Assembly (NCBI GenBank): GCA_963835065.1
Contig: CAWIEK010000063.1
Location: 32,001-96,000, forward strand
Direction of reading: 5' to 3'
Source: an uncultured Chthonomonadaceae bacterium
GTDB taxonomy: Bacteria; Armatimonadota; Chthonomonadetes; Chthonomonadales; Chthonomonadaceae
DNA: 64,000 nucleotides
Numbering within the stretch: the stretch's first letter is position 1; every line of letters begins with the position of its first letter. The notes beneath the pieces are model-generated. The model saw nothing but the letters and a program-made list of their open reading frames with translations, did not search any database and was not told the origin of the DNA. The translations under genes were made by a program, and so were the position numbers. Shown one piece after another: positions 1 to 10,907 of the stretch.

Positions 1-1
1 C

Positions 2-868
2 GGCGGCACGGATCCGACGGGCGGCAAGAGCCTGTGGGGCAGCGGCTTCCTGCCCTCGGTCTATCAGGGCGTACAGTGCCGTTCCTCCGGGGAGCCGATC
101 CTCTACCTGACCGACCCGAACGGCCTGTCGCGCGCCAATCGCCGCGACAGTCTGGACGCGCTGGCGAAGCTGAACGAAAACGAGGCCAAACGGATGGGCG
201 ATCCTGAGACCCTAACGCGCATTGCGCAATATGAACTCGCCTACCGAATGCAGATGGCCGTGCCGCAAGTCATGGATATTGCCAAGGAGCCGAAGGCGAT
301 CCTTGATATGTACGGCGCGCAGCCGGGCCAGCCCACCTTCGCCAACAACTGCCTCCTTGCGCGTCGCCTGGTGGAGAACGGCGTACGATTCGTGCAGCTC
401 TACGACTGGGGCTGGGATATTCACGGTACCGGGCCAGGCGACGACCTGATGACGGCGTTTCCCAAAAAGTGCCGGGAAATGGACCAGGCGGCGGCGGCTC
501 TGGTCACAGACCTCAAACAGCGCGGGCTGCTGGACGAAACGCTCGTCGTGTGGGGCGGCGAGTTCGGGCGTACCCCGATGAACGAGGCGCGCGGCGGTTC
601 CAAGTTTCTGGGCCGCGACCATCATCCGCACAACTTCTGCCTCTGGATGGCGGGCGGCGGCGTCAAGTCCGGCCAGGTTTACGGCGAAACGGACGATTTC
701 GGCTACACCATTGTCAAGGATGCGGTAAGCATCCGCGACCTGCAGGCGACCCTGCTCTACGCTCTGGGATTGGATCCCTACCGTCTCAGTTTCAAGTACC
801 AGGGTCTCAACCAACGCCTGATTGGTCCTACGGAAGAAGGCATCGTCCGCAAGGGTCTCTTCTCTTAA
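2..868 (+). CDS. DUF1501 domain protein (5' partial)
   Basis: Frame is open from the window start (WGSGFLPSVYQGV). Motifs CLLARRLVENGVRFVQL, WGGEFGRTP and GRDHHP are typical of DUF1501. Confidence 0.85.
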   Translation, partial: GGTDPTGGKSLWGSGFLPSVYQGVQCRSSGEPILYLTDPNGLSRANRRDSLDALAKLNENEAKRMGDPETLTRIAQYELAYRMQMAVPQVMDIAKEPKAILDMYGAQPGQPTFANNCLLARRLVENGVRFVQLYDWGWDIHGTGPGDDLMTAFPKKCREMDQAAAALVTDLKQRGLLDETLVVWGGEFGRTPMNEARGGSKFLGRDHHPHNFCLWMAGGGVKSGQVYGETDDFGYTIVKDAVSIRDLQATLLYALGLDPYRLSFKYQGLNQRLIGPTEEGIVRKGLFS

Positions 869-1650
869 CCAGGACGACGTGTATTCTCAGGCGCTTCCAG
901 ACGAAAATCGCTTACAGTGGGAAGTGAGCCGAAGTGCTGTTCCCGATCCTCGCCACGCACGAGAACTGGCCGCCAGCCACGCCCTTTCGAGGTATTCCGG
1001 TCGGGCTGAACCGAAGTGGGCACATAGCGCAGCGTCAGGCCGCATCGTCGGCGCGTAGAGCGGTTCGGAAGGCTGCCGTGTATCAGCGCACCATCGTGAA
1101 TGGACATCTCCCCAGCCTTTAACGGCAACGTGACGATGCGCTGGGCTTCTTCCCTCGTGACCGGAACTTCCTGATTGACGCTGAGCAGATTGCCCGCCTG
1201 CGCCGACGTACCATGTTCCCGAAGGCCGTCACGATGCGTACCGGCAACCACGCGCATGCAGCCATTCTCCTCATCGCTGTCATCTACGGCGTACCAGGCG
1301 GTTGCCGCACAGGGCGGAATCAAGCCCCAGTATGTCGCATCCTGATGCCAGGCGACAAATTTCTCGTCCTGTCCATACTTGCAAAAGAAATGGGTTGCCA
1401 GCAGCAGCAAGTTCGGGCCGAGCAGAGAGGCCATGCAGTCCAGTATCTTCGGGTGGGTCGCAATCTCCCAGAGAAACGGCTGCTGAAAATGATAATCCAG
1501 CAGGCCGATGCGCGCTTTTTCGCGCCCCTCCTGCTCTTCCAGCCGATTGAAGGCGTCACGGTAGCGCGCCGCCTCCGGTACTGCTGCAATGCGCAGGCCG
1601 GAAAGATAGCCCTCCATCTGATACGCCTGCACCTGTTGTTGGGATAACAA
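865..1650 (-). CDS. Phytanoyl-CoA dioxygenase family (Fe/2OG) protein
   Basis: WHQDATYW (HxD) and distal IHGSLPNRS..RR motifs. Confidence 0.85.
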   Translation of the reverse strand: MLSQQQVQAYQMEGYLSGLRIAAVPEAARYRDAFNRLEEQEGREKARIGLLDYHFQQPFLWEIATHPKILDCMASLLGPNLLLLATHFFCKYGQDEKFVAWHQDATYWGLIPPCAATAWYAVDDSDEENGCMRVVAGTHRDGLREHGTSAQAGNLLSVNQEVPVTREEAQRIVTLPLKAGEMSIHDGALIHGSLPNRSTRRRCGLTLRYVPTSVQPDRNTSKGRGWRPVLVRGEDREQHFGSLPTVSDFRLEAPENTRRPG

Positions 1651-2232
1651 GGTCGTCGTTCCTTTCTCTCGAGATAATGTCCTGTCTTATGTTCGTGACC
1701 TGCGCCTGTCGCTCCTGCTCTAAAACGTCTGAAAACAGCGCCTCCAATAGGTTCTCCGCTTGGTTTTGCAGCCAAGCTGCTCCATCTGCTCACTCCGCGC
1801 CAGGGTTTACCTCAAACCGAGGCAATTCTCGTGCCCCGGCTTTGCAGCGGACACAGAGGCGGCAGGCACAATTCTGAACGATTCCGGGATCGCACTTTAG
1901 ATAAATGGCGGAAGAACGGAGGAGTACCGCCATGCTATCAAGAACTGCTATCCTTGATCCAGTAGCGAGGGCATCCAGTCAGGAGGTCAGCATGATGCTG
2001 GCATTTTGAGTAGGAGTTGGACGGATAGATCGTGTCGCGTTGCGGTTCCCTTCCGCGCCGACATCGTTGTTCCCATTGACAATGGGGTAACTATCTCACT
2101 TACGTCCACTCCTTTGTATGTCTAAGTGTTTTAGGCCGCGATACGTTATAACAGCCCACGAATTTTGGACACCAAAAGGGGCGGAAGTACAGATTTCAGG
2201 GAACAGGTCAAACGCAGAGAGAGGAACTAGCG

Positions 2233-4355
2233 ATGAGAATTGGCAAACAGGTGCCGGCCGTTCTGTTAGGGGCGTTGCTAATGTTTTCGTGCTCGCATGT
2301 CTCGACACAGACTGCCGCGGTGGGGCAGACGGAGAGCCAGGCGGAATGGCCGAGCTATGGCGGGGGACCTGACGGCATCCGGTATTCGAGTCTCACCCAG
2401 ATTGACCGCTCGAACGTCAATCAACTACAGGTCGCCTGGACGTATGATTCCGGTGAGGGACCAGGCGGCACCCAGACGCAACCGCTCGTTGCCAACGGCG
2501 TACTCTTTGCCGTCACGCCGCACCATAACGTGGTCGCCTTGAACGCCGCTACGGGAAAGCTGATCTGGCGGTTCGATTCCGGCATCATTGGGCGTGGGCC
2601 GAACCGCGGAGTCGCGTACTGGACCGAGGGCGGAGAACGCCGCGTTTTTGCGGCGGTTCAGCACTTTGTCTATGCCCTGGATGCCGTGACCGGCAAGCCG
2701 ATCCCGAACTTCGGCGCCAATGGGAGAATTGATCTGCGCGAGGGCGTCGGGCGCGACCCGGCAAAACAGTCCATCATTCTGACGACTCCGGGGGTCATCT
2801 ACAAGGACCTGTTGATCGTCGGAGGACGGGTATCCGAAGGGCTGCCGTGTACTCCCGGCGACATCCGCGCCTACGACGTCCGCACAGGAACGATGCGGTG
2901 GGCGTTCCACACAATCCCACATCCGGGCGAGTTCGGATATAAAACGTGGCCCCAATTGGCATGGAAGGTCTCTGGATCGGCCAACAACTGGGCGGGTATG
3001 ACCGTGGATGCCGCGCGGGGACTGGTGTTCGTGCCAACCGGATCGGCGGCAAGCGACTTCTACGGGGCGGATCGGGTGGGCGATGACCTCTTTGCCAACA
3101 CCATGCTGGCGCTCGATGCGAATACGGGTAAGCGTATCTGGCATTTCCAGGCGGTCAAGCACGACATCTGGGATCGTGATTTTCCCGCCCCGCCCGCCCT
3201 CGTTCGCGTGAAACGCGGACAGAAGTGGGTGGACGCCGTAGCACGAGACTACCAAAACCGGGCATGTTTACGTCTTTCGATCGAAAAAACGGAAAGCCGC
3301 TTTTCCCCATCCAATATCGCAAGTATGAGCCTAGCGCCGTCCCGGGCGAGGTGGCGGCCAAGACCCAGCCGCTGCCCACGAAACCCGCGCCGTTTGCCCG
3401 GCAGGTTCTGACGGAAGACTTGTTGACCAATCGGACGCCGGAGGCGCATCGCTGGGCCGTAGAGCAATTCCGGTCTTTCCACGGAGGCGGACAGTTCGTG
3501 CCCTTCCGAGCCGGCCAGGAGACAATCATCTTCCCCGGATTCGACGGCGGAGCGGAATGGGGTGGCCCCGCATTCGACCCTGAGACGGGGCTCCTCTACG
3601 TCAACGCGAACGAGATGGCCTGGACGTCGCACCTGGTCAGGAACGAGGAAACCAGATCCGCGCGGGGGCTTTATCTGCATAACTGCGCCAATTGCCATGG
3701 GGACACCCTTGCCGGGTCACCGCCCCAGTTGCCGAAGTTGCTCAACATGGGCCCAAAATGGGACGAGGCCGCGATTTCGAGGATCACCCGCCAGGGTGCG
3801 GGCCGCATGCCCAGCTTCCCGAACCTTTCCGACGCGGAAGTAAAGGCCGTGTCAGAATACATCCTGAGCGGCGAAAGCAAACCTATCCAATCGGACGAGC
3901 CGGCAGCGGTGACGCTGGACTATCGCTTTACGGGCTATCACAAGTTCGTGGATCCCGAAGGCTATCCGGCGGTCGCGCCACCGTGGGGAACTCTCAACGC
4001 GATCAACCTCAACACCGGCGAATTCGCCTGGAAGATCCCGTTGGGCGAATATCCGGAACTGGCGGAGAAGGGCATGAAGGACACCGGCAGCGAGAACTAT
4101 GGCGGCCCGGTTGTCACCGCGGGTGGACTGGTCTTCATCGCCGCCACGAACTACGACCGCAAGTTCCGGGCCTTCGATAAGACCACCGGCAAGCTCCTGT
4201 GGGAAACCACGTTGCCGTTTTCTGCCAACGCCACTCCTGCGGTCTATTCAGCCGAAGGCCGGCAGTTCGTCGTAGTTTGCGCGGAGGGAAGCAAAGGTCG
4301 CCCGAACGATCCGAAAGGTGGCAAGTACATCGCCTTCGCATTACCCCGGCCCTGA
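2233..4355 (+). CDS. PQQ-dependent (glucose/quinate-type) dehydrogenase with embedded c-type cytochrome domain; frameshifted near 3245-3280
   Basis: Two ORFs (2233-3411, 3225-4355) join into one protein if two extra bases are removed ([17 protein letters not shown]). Signal peptide, [26 protein letters not shown] haem motif and PPWG are present. Confidence 0.85.
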
Positions 4356-4567
4356 GGCCATTCTGCCGACAGGAGCCACTATACACCCCGCGCGTTCTGG
4401 CGGATTGCCTTCCACGCCGCATACTTCACCCATCTCTATCTCGACCAAAACCTTTTCGCCTGTATGCAGGAGTTCGCAAGAATATGGCGAATGAGCAGGC
4501 ATGACAACCCATATCATCAACGTCAGCCTTCCCTGCGGTTTGCTGCTCTTCGGAAAGGTCTCAACCC

Positions 4568-5431
4568 ATGCTACGTCTCTGCCACTTTCTGAGCCTTACT
4601 CTCCTCGTCACGCTCCTCTGTGTACAAGGTGAATTAGCCCTGTTCGCGCAGCCCCTCAAGGACCGAAATGGAAAATCTCTGTCAGTGGGCTTACAACTCT
4701 ACTCCGTCCGCGCCGATTGCGCCAAGGACCTGCCTGGTGTTCTCAAAGCCGTGTCCCATATGGGCTATACCGGCGTTGAGTTCGCAGGCTATTATGGTCG
4801 CTCCTCCGAGGAACTGCACCGGATGCTTCTGGAGAACCACCTGCAATGCTATGGTACGCATGTGGATATGAACGCCTTGCAGGGAGACAACCTGGACAAG
4901 ACGATAGCGTTCTGTAAAGGACTGGGCTGCGCGTTCGTAGTGGTTCCCTGGCTGCCGGTTGAGCGCCGCAACTCAAAGCAGGCTATCGTAGAAACGGCGC
5001 ACTTCTTCAATACCATTGCGACGAAATTGGCGCGTGAGGGAATTATTTTGGGCTGGCACAACGAAGACTATGAGTTCCAACCGGTCGAGGGAGAAACGAT
5101 CTGGGATACGTTTTGTGCGAACACGGACAAAGCCGTGGCACTCCAATTCGACACCGGCAATGCCCTCGCCGCAGGAATGCAGGCCGCTCCTTTTCTCCGC
5201 AAATATCCCAAGCGCGTTGTTTCCGTGCATGTCAAAGATCATTCCACTACGAATCCTAACGCCTTGTTGGGCGAAGGCGACGAACACTGGCAGGAAGTGA
5301 TTCCCCTGCTCAAGCACAAAATAGCTGCGCGGTGGTTCATTATTGAGCAGGAGAGCTATAGCGCGCCGCCGCTGGTTTGCGTCGAAAAGTGCCTGCGGAA
5401 CTTTGAAAAGCTATGGAACACCTACAAGTAG
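4568..5431 (+). CDS. Sugar phosphate isomerase/epimerase (xylose isomerase-like TIM barrel)
   Basis: GLQLYSVR, GVEFAGYYG, HN, DTGN, HVKD and IEQE metal motifs; N-terminal signal peptide. Confidence 0.85.
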   Translation: MLRLCHFLSLTLLVTLLCVQGELALFAQPLKDRNGKSLSVGLQLYSVRADCAKDLPGVLKAVSHMGYTGVEFAGYYGRSSEELHRMLLENHLQCYGTHVDMNALQGDNLDKTIAFCKGLGCAFVVVPWLPVERRNSKQAIVETAHFFNTIATKLAREGIILGWHNEDYEFQPVEGETIWDTFCANTDKAVALQFDTGNALAAGMQAAPFLRKYPKRVVSVHVKDHSTTNPNALLGEGDEHWQEVIPLLKHKIAARWFIIEQESYSAPPLVCVEKCLRNFEKLWNTYK

Positions 5432-5482
5432 GGCCGCACCTGGATGGTTGGATCCGGCAGATGATGGAAAAGGAGAAGGTTT

Positions 5483-6472
5483 ATGGAATATCGTTCTCTG
5501 GGGCGTACGGGCGCGCAGGTGAGCGTGTGGTGCCTCGGCGTGATGACATTCGGCTGGAAAACGGAACAAGAGGAAGCGACGCGCATGGTTGACCGCTTCT
5601 TGGATCAGGGCGGCAACTTCATTGATACCGCCAACGTTTACAGCAGGGGCAAGAGCGAAACCATGACCGGAAACGCTCTCAAAGAGGGCGGCAAGCGCGA
5701 CAAAGTGTTCCTCGCCACCAAAGCGCACGGCAAGATGGACGATAACGATCCTAACGCGCAGGGCAATACGCGCTTTCATCTCATGCGCGCCTGCGAAGAC
5801 AGCCTGCGCCGCCTGCAAACCGACCACATTGACCTGTATCAGATTCATCGCCCGCAGCCCTCCGTTCCCATTGACGAGACGCTGCGCGCGCTGGATGATC
5901 TGATCCGGCAGGGCAAGGTGCGCTATATCGGCACGAGTACGTATGCGGCTTATCAGGTGGTGGAAAGCCTGTGGGCATCCAAAGAACTCGGCCTCAATCG
6001 CTTTGTCTGCGAACAGCCTCCTTATCACATTTTAGACCGGCGCATCGAGCGTGAACTGCTCCCGGTAGCCCGCGCTTATGGCCTGGGCATCATCCCCTGG
6101 AGTCCACTGGCAGGCGGCAAACTGACCGGCAAATACCGGCGCGGCGAGGCCGCTCCCCCCAACTCGCGGGAAGACCCGGCCAAATTCAGCGAAGGAACCT
6201 GGAAGGCGCTGGAAGGGCTGGAAGCGCTTTGTAAAGACAAGGGCTGCACCATGACGGCGTTTGCCAATGCCTGGTGTGCCTCGCAGTCGGGAGTGACCAG
6301 CCCGATTATCGGCCCCAACAGCGTCGCGCAACTCGACGAGAACCTGACCGCTTCCGACGTAACGATCACGGAGGAGGACCGGAAACGGGTAGACTGATTG
6401 GTAAAGCCGGGAGAGCATATCGAGGGCAATGACTACTACAAGGCCGACTTTGGTCACACGGCCCGCTGGTAA
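5483..6472 (+). CDS. Aldo/keto reductase; in-frame TGA at 6395-6397 before the last 24 codons
   Basis: DTANVY, SLRRLQTDHIDLYQIH, GKVRYIG and WSPLAGG motifs. The frame continues LVKPGEHIEGNDYYKADFGHTARW to TAA at 6470-6472. Confidence 0.85.
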
Positions 6473-6703
6473 CCAGAGTTTCCAACCTATCAGCGGCAGT
6501 AGAAGACAATGTAGCCCTGATGCAATTGTTAATCGCGCATGGAGCCGTGATTCAGGATAGCGACGACCTTTCGCGCAAGCCGTCACTGAGGACTGCGGCA
6601 AGGGAAATTGAAGGGAATGGCATACTGGCAGAGAATAAGGAACAAGATTTGCGGCAATAAACCCGTATAGGCCATGTAAACGATGTGCGAGAGGAGATAC
6701 AGA

Positions 6704-7600
6704 ATGACGAACCCTGATCAGGAAAGAGAGCAGACCCCGCAGAACGACCTGTCCCGGCGCGACCTGGTCGCGTTATCGGTGGCGGCGGGTCTCGCCGCCG
6801 CGACAGGAGCGGCAGGGGCCGCAGAGTTGCCTGTTGTGGAGGCGGATGTCACGGTCAAAACCCCGGACGGCACATGCGATGCCGCCTTCATTCATCCAAC
6901 TGCTGGTTCCCATCCCGGCGTGTTGATCTGGCCGGACGCATTCGGACTTCGCTCCACGTTGCGCGCAATGGGCAAGCGCCTTGCCGCCGAGGGCTACGCG
7001 GTACTGATACCCAACCCCTACTATCGAACCGCCAAAGTCTCCACGCTGGATCTGAACACCGCCTCGTTCAGCTTCCAGAATGAGGCTGACATGTCCAGGC
7101 TGAGAAAGCTGATGGCCGGGATTACGGCACCAGGGGCGGCGGAAAAGGACGCGGCTGCGTTCATCGCTTTCCTCGATGCGCAAAAGCCCGTCAACACCAG
7201 AAGGAAGATCGGCACTCAGGGTTACTGCATGGGAGGACCACTCGTTTTTAAGACCGCCGCTGCCGTACCCAATCGCGTTGGAGCCGTCGCGTCCTTCCAT
7301 GGCGGCGGTCTCGTGACGGATCAGCCGAGCAGTCCGCACTTGCTTATCCCGAAGATGAAAGCCCGTTTCTATATCGGCATCGCGTCCAACGACGATATGC
7401 GCCAGCCCGACGCGAAGGACAAGCTGCGAGAAGCCTTCGACGCCGCCAAACTCCCTGCCGAGATTGAGGTCTATGAGAGCCTGCACGGCTGGTGTATGCC
7501 GGACATGCCGGCTTCGGGTGGGAAGCCTATCTATAACAAGGCGGACGCCGAGCGCGCATGGGGCAAGTTGGTGGCGCTGTACAAGAAAGCCCTGGCCTGA
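6704..7600 (+). CDS. Dienelactone hydrolase family protein, Tat-type signal
   Basis: SRRDLV twin-arginine leader, GYCMGG nucleophile motif, HGW. Confidence 0.9.
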   Translation: MTNPDQEREQTPQNDLSRRDLVALSVAAGLAAATGAAGAAELPVVEADVTVKTPDGTCDAAFIHPTAGSHPGVLIWPDAFGLRSTLRAMGKRLAAEGYAVLIPNPYYRTAKVSTLDLNTASFSFQNEADMSRLRKLMAGITAPGAAEKDAAAFIAFLDAQKPVNTRRKIGTQGYCMGGPLVFKTAAAVPNRVGAVASFHGGGLVTDQPSSPHLLIPKMKARFYIGIASNDDMRQPDAKDKLREAFDAAKLPAEIEVYESLHGWCMPDMPASGGKPIYNKADAERAWGKLVALYKKALA

Positions 7601-8012
7601 CCGGGAACCACCGCGCCGCCACAGGGCGCGTCACAGCAAAAATTAGCAGAAGGCGGAAAAGACAAGGAACTCCGCTTGCTCTTCTCAGTGTGAACGCGAC
7701 GCAGCGAGTTCAAGAAGCCGCGAGAAAGATAGCAAGTGCAATAGCGGAGGGGCGGCAGTCCTCTCGGCGGAATGGTTTCAGGGCTGAGGTAACGCGAAGG
7801 CGATGTACTGGCCGCCCTCATAGCCAGGCCATTCTGTCTGACTTTCCGACTGCTGCCGCACCCCGGCGGTTGGGAGGACGAAGCCTGCCTGCGCTGGCAG
7901 GCGCAACGCTCCAAATAGTAGGACTGGTATCCCTCTGAACACTCTCATCAACAGTTCCTCTCCGCGTGGTACACTTTGTGTTTGATTAGGCTCGAATATT
8001 GACCTCAGCCCC

Positions 8013-8390
8013 TTAGGGCAGCAGCAATTTTACCACATCCTGGTGTCCCTCCTCTGTCGCCAAGGACAGGGGAGTATTTCCTTCTTTGGTCACAGCGTTA
8101 ACATCGGCATTGTGGGCAAGCAGCAATTCCACCATAGCCAGGTACCCCTTATCGGCTGCCAAGTATAGCGAGGTATTTCCTGCATTGGTCACGGCATTGA
8201 CATCGGCCTTATAAACCAGCAGCAATTCCGCTATACCTGTGTGACCAAATTCTGCCGCAATTTGCAAAGGTGTCTGGCCGTATTCGTCGTCTTTGCTGAA
8301 AACCAGATACGGAGCGGATTCAAGTAGCGCCCGGACTGTTTCCAGGTCGTCTATCTCGACTGCCTCATACAGCAGGTACTTGTTCTCCAT
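8013..8390 (-). CDS. Ankyrin repeat protein
   Basis: Repeats GQTPLQIAA..GH, GNTSLYLAA..GY and GNTPLSLA...GH with ADVNA linkers. Start taken at MENKY. Confidence 0.85.
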   Translation of the reverse strand: MENKYLLYEAVEIDDLETVRALLESAPYLVFSKDDEYGQTPLQIAAEFGHTGIAELLLVYKADVNAVTNAGNTSLYLAADKGYLAMVELLLAHNADVNAVTKEGNTPLSLATEEGHQDVVKLLLP

Positions 8391-8536
8391 AGTTGCTCCG
8401 ATCAGAGGATTGGCATAGTGCCGGCGCTGCCTTTGCCACATCGCTTGCATACGCGCGTAGAGCAGGCTCAACGGGTCAGGTCACGCGCCACTTCGGCGAG
8501 CAAGGGGCGCGTCAGGCTGAAGCGGGTAATTCGTAG

Positions 8537-10741
8537 TTATCCTTTTGCCTCATACAGATAGTTGAAGCGTCCATTGGGAGCCGCATCGCCGCTGAGGGTG
8601 AATTCCATGATGTCGCCGTCGCGCTGTATGTTGTCCGCCCACTTGAACTGCAGGCGTAGCGGCTGTCCGGGGCGCAATCCCAGGTCGGCGCGACGGATCG
8701 CTATTTCCATTTCGTTGCCCCGGACGTGGTAGCGGACTTTTGCCTTTGGCTTCCAGTTCCAGCCGCCCGTACTCGTTTCCAGCACACTTGTTGTGTCGTT
8801 TTCGATGTGGCGGTTCACCATAAAGTTGTAACCTGCCCATCCGGCGCGCGAATCGCCTTTGGTGTTGAGAAACAGCAACATCCAATGCGGATCGGTATGT
8901 GGCGTGATGGGCGCGTGGGTACGGGCGTAGAAGTACACGTACTCTGTATCGCGCGCTACTTTGAGCGCCACGAAGTCGTTGCGGCCTGTCGTGTTGGTGT
9001 ACTGCGCCACATGGTTCCAGCCGGCATGGTTTCGCCAGCCGGTGTCGCCAATGTCATCGCGATATTCGGGCTGCACATTCTTCCAGGCGGCGAAATCGCC
9101 GTTGAAGGGAATGGTCTGCATCGGACTTGCGGCAGGCGGCTTGCGGACGCCCTTGTAGCGGCGAATGAAAGCAGCCATCTGGTAGTAATAGGCATCGCCG
9201 TGCCCGCCGCGCATGGGTTCAATGTCGCGGCTGCGCTCCTGATTAAATTCGTCCACGAACAGCACGGGCGCTTTCACGCCCGCGAACTCATCGAAGCGCC
9301 CCGCAATCCATTCGTTCCAGCCCGTGATAAAGAGAAACTGCGGGTTTTCCTTCAGGGCATACTCGAACTGCTCGGCAAAATTCAATCCCTGACTCACGGT
9401 GTTGGGGCGGGTGTCATTCGCGCCTCCGTGCCAGTTGCGGCCACGCGCCCCAGCTTCGCTCAACGAGCCGATACGCTTGCCCACCGCGTTCTGGGCTACT
9501 CCTACCGACATCTGTTCCTTTGCCCCCTGCGCATTGCGAAAAACGTGTTGTGGATACACTTCCAGCCAACTCCATTGACTGGGCGCGGTCGGCCCCTCAA
9601 AGTAGGAGGGCTGCGGCTTGCGGAACGTGAAGAAATCCTGTAGCCGCGTTCCCTTGTCACCCAGCACACCGATGCGCAGCGTCCGGTCTCCCTCGGACGC
9701 CACGCCGTTTACAAACGCCTGACCGGACGCATACACATCCTTGCTGTTGCTCCACCAACCGATTGTGTTCGCCCCCTCGGACATTTCCAGATAGTAGACT
9801 CCCGGCGGCAGGGGTTTGGCAAAGCGCAGGGACAGCCAGGCGTTGTCGGATACGTCGGTAAAGCGCTGCCGGGCAAGCAGCTTTCCTCCCACGCCGTTTT
9901 GATACAGGGTCAGCGTCATGGCGGCATGGGGCATTGCCCAGGTAGGAAAGCGTCCACCGACGGCATCAAAGGGTTTGGCAGTAGTGAAGGATTGACCGAG
10001 CGTTTGATAGGGCAGCAGACGCGCGGGCGTGTCCTGGAGTGTATTCCCTTCGCCCTCTTCCAGCAGTTCCGGGTCGGCCAGCAGAAGCGGCTTGCCCTGC
10101 CAGCGGAACCACAGCTCGGAATGGAGGCCGGGCACATACAGGTCGTGGAACAGTTCCCGCGCTACCTTGCCGGGATCGCCGAAGGGACACAGAAACGCGA
10201 CCTGCGGCGTCTTGCCTCCATGTTTACGAACCTGCGCGAACACGTCGAGGAGCGTCTTGTAGTAGGAAGGATAGGTAATCTGGTTGGTAACATCGAAGAT
10301 AATCACGTCCACGCCCGCATCCGACAGCATTTGCGCATGCTTGCGCAACACCCAGACGTCGTCCGTCTGGTAGTAGCCGAACAGCGGCTCACCCCAATGG
10401 TGGGGCGCAAGGGGTGGCCCCCACAGCGGATCATCGCCGTGCTGCATGGCGTCGGGGTGTTGGGCCAGGATACGGGAATTGTCGTACGGTCCGCCGTTGA
10501 TGTACGCCCCAAGCCACAAAAAGTAAAACATTCCAACATAACGATCTTTGCGGAGCGGGCCAGCCTGCGCATACAGTGGCAGCGACCGTCCGAGCGCATC
10601 CGTTGCCGTCCAGGTATCGGCAAACGTGTCCCATGCAGGCGAGTAGGCAGGCGTGGGCGAAGCGGCAGGAACCGTTTGCGCCCATCCGACACGCGGCACA
10701 CACAGCAGAAACAGGAGCAGCCATAATCTTGAAGACATCAT
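8537..10741 (-). CDS. Secreted glycoside hydrolase-like protein (GH71/GH99-like TIM barrel plus beta-sandwich modules)
   Basis: Signal peptide; VGMFYFLW, HHWGEPLFGYY, AGVDVIIFDVTN, FITGWNEW and SRDIEP. Family assignment from recall only. Confidence 0.6.
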   Translation of the reverse strand: MMSSRLWLLLFLLCVPRVGWAQTVPAASPTPAYSPAWDTFADTWTATDALGRSLPLYAQAGPLRKDRYVGMFYFLWLGAYINGGPYDNSRILAQHPDAMQHGDDPLWGPPLAPHHWGEPLFGYYQTDDVWVLRKHAQMLSDAGVDVIIFDVTNQITYPSYYKTLLDVFAQVRKHGGKTPQVAFLCPFGDPGKVARELFHDLYVPGLHSELWFRWQGKPLLLADPELLEEGEGNTLQDTPARLLPYQTLGQSFTTAKPFDAVGGRFPTWAMPHAAMTLTLYQNGVGGKLLARQRFTDVSDNAWLSLRFAKPLPPGVYYLEMSEGANTIGWWSNSKDVYASGQAFVNGVASEGDRTLRIGVLGDKGTRLQDFFTFRKPQPSYFEGPTAPSQWSWLEVYPQHVFRNAQGAKEQMSVGVAQNAVGKRIGSLSEAGARGRNWHGGANDTRPNTVSQGLNFAEQFEYALKENPQFLFITGWNEWIAGRFDEFAGVKAPVLFVDEFNQERSRDIEPMRGGHGDAYYYQMAAFIRRYKGVRKPPAASPMQTIPFNGDFAAWKNVQPEYRDDIGDTGWRNHAGWNHVAQYTNTTGRNDFVALKVARDTEYVYFYARTHAPITPHTDPHWMLLFLNTKGDSRAGWAGYNFMVNRHIENDTTSVLETSTGGWNWKPKAKVRYHVRGNEMEIAIRRADLGLRPGQPLRLQFKWADNIQRDGDIMEFTLSGDAAPNGRFNYLYEAKG

Positions 10742-10907
10742 GAGAGAAAATTCGACTTCGCGCCCCGACTTTCCTGTTGTGCGCCGCCAAATCTATTCCA
10801 AAGGAGGGACAGACAGGAAAATCCCTGGTTCTGGCGAATAGTACCCTGAATCAGGGGCATGAAAGCATTGGTGACAGAAACTTACGATTGCAAGGAGGTT
10901 TCCTCAG

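Noticed and set aside
6395..6397. Selenocysteine codon
   Set aside because: Non-catalytic position and no evident SECIS hairpin.
10789..10820. Possible self-target of the mini-array spacer (AAATCTATTC...GACAGACAGGAAA) in the GH/SGNH divergent promoter
   Set aside because: It needs a 9-nt bulge between a 10-nt and a 12/13-nt block; likely chance.
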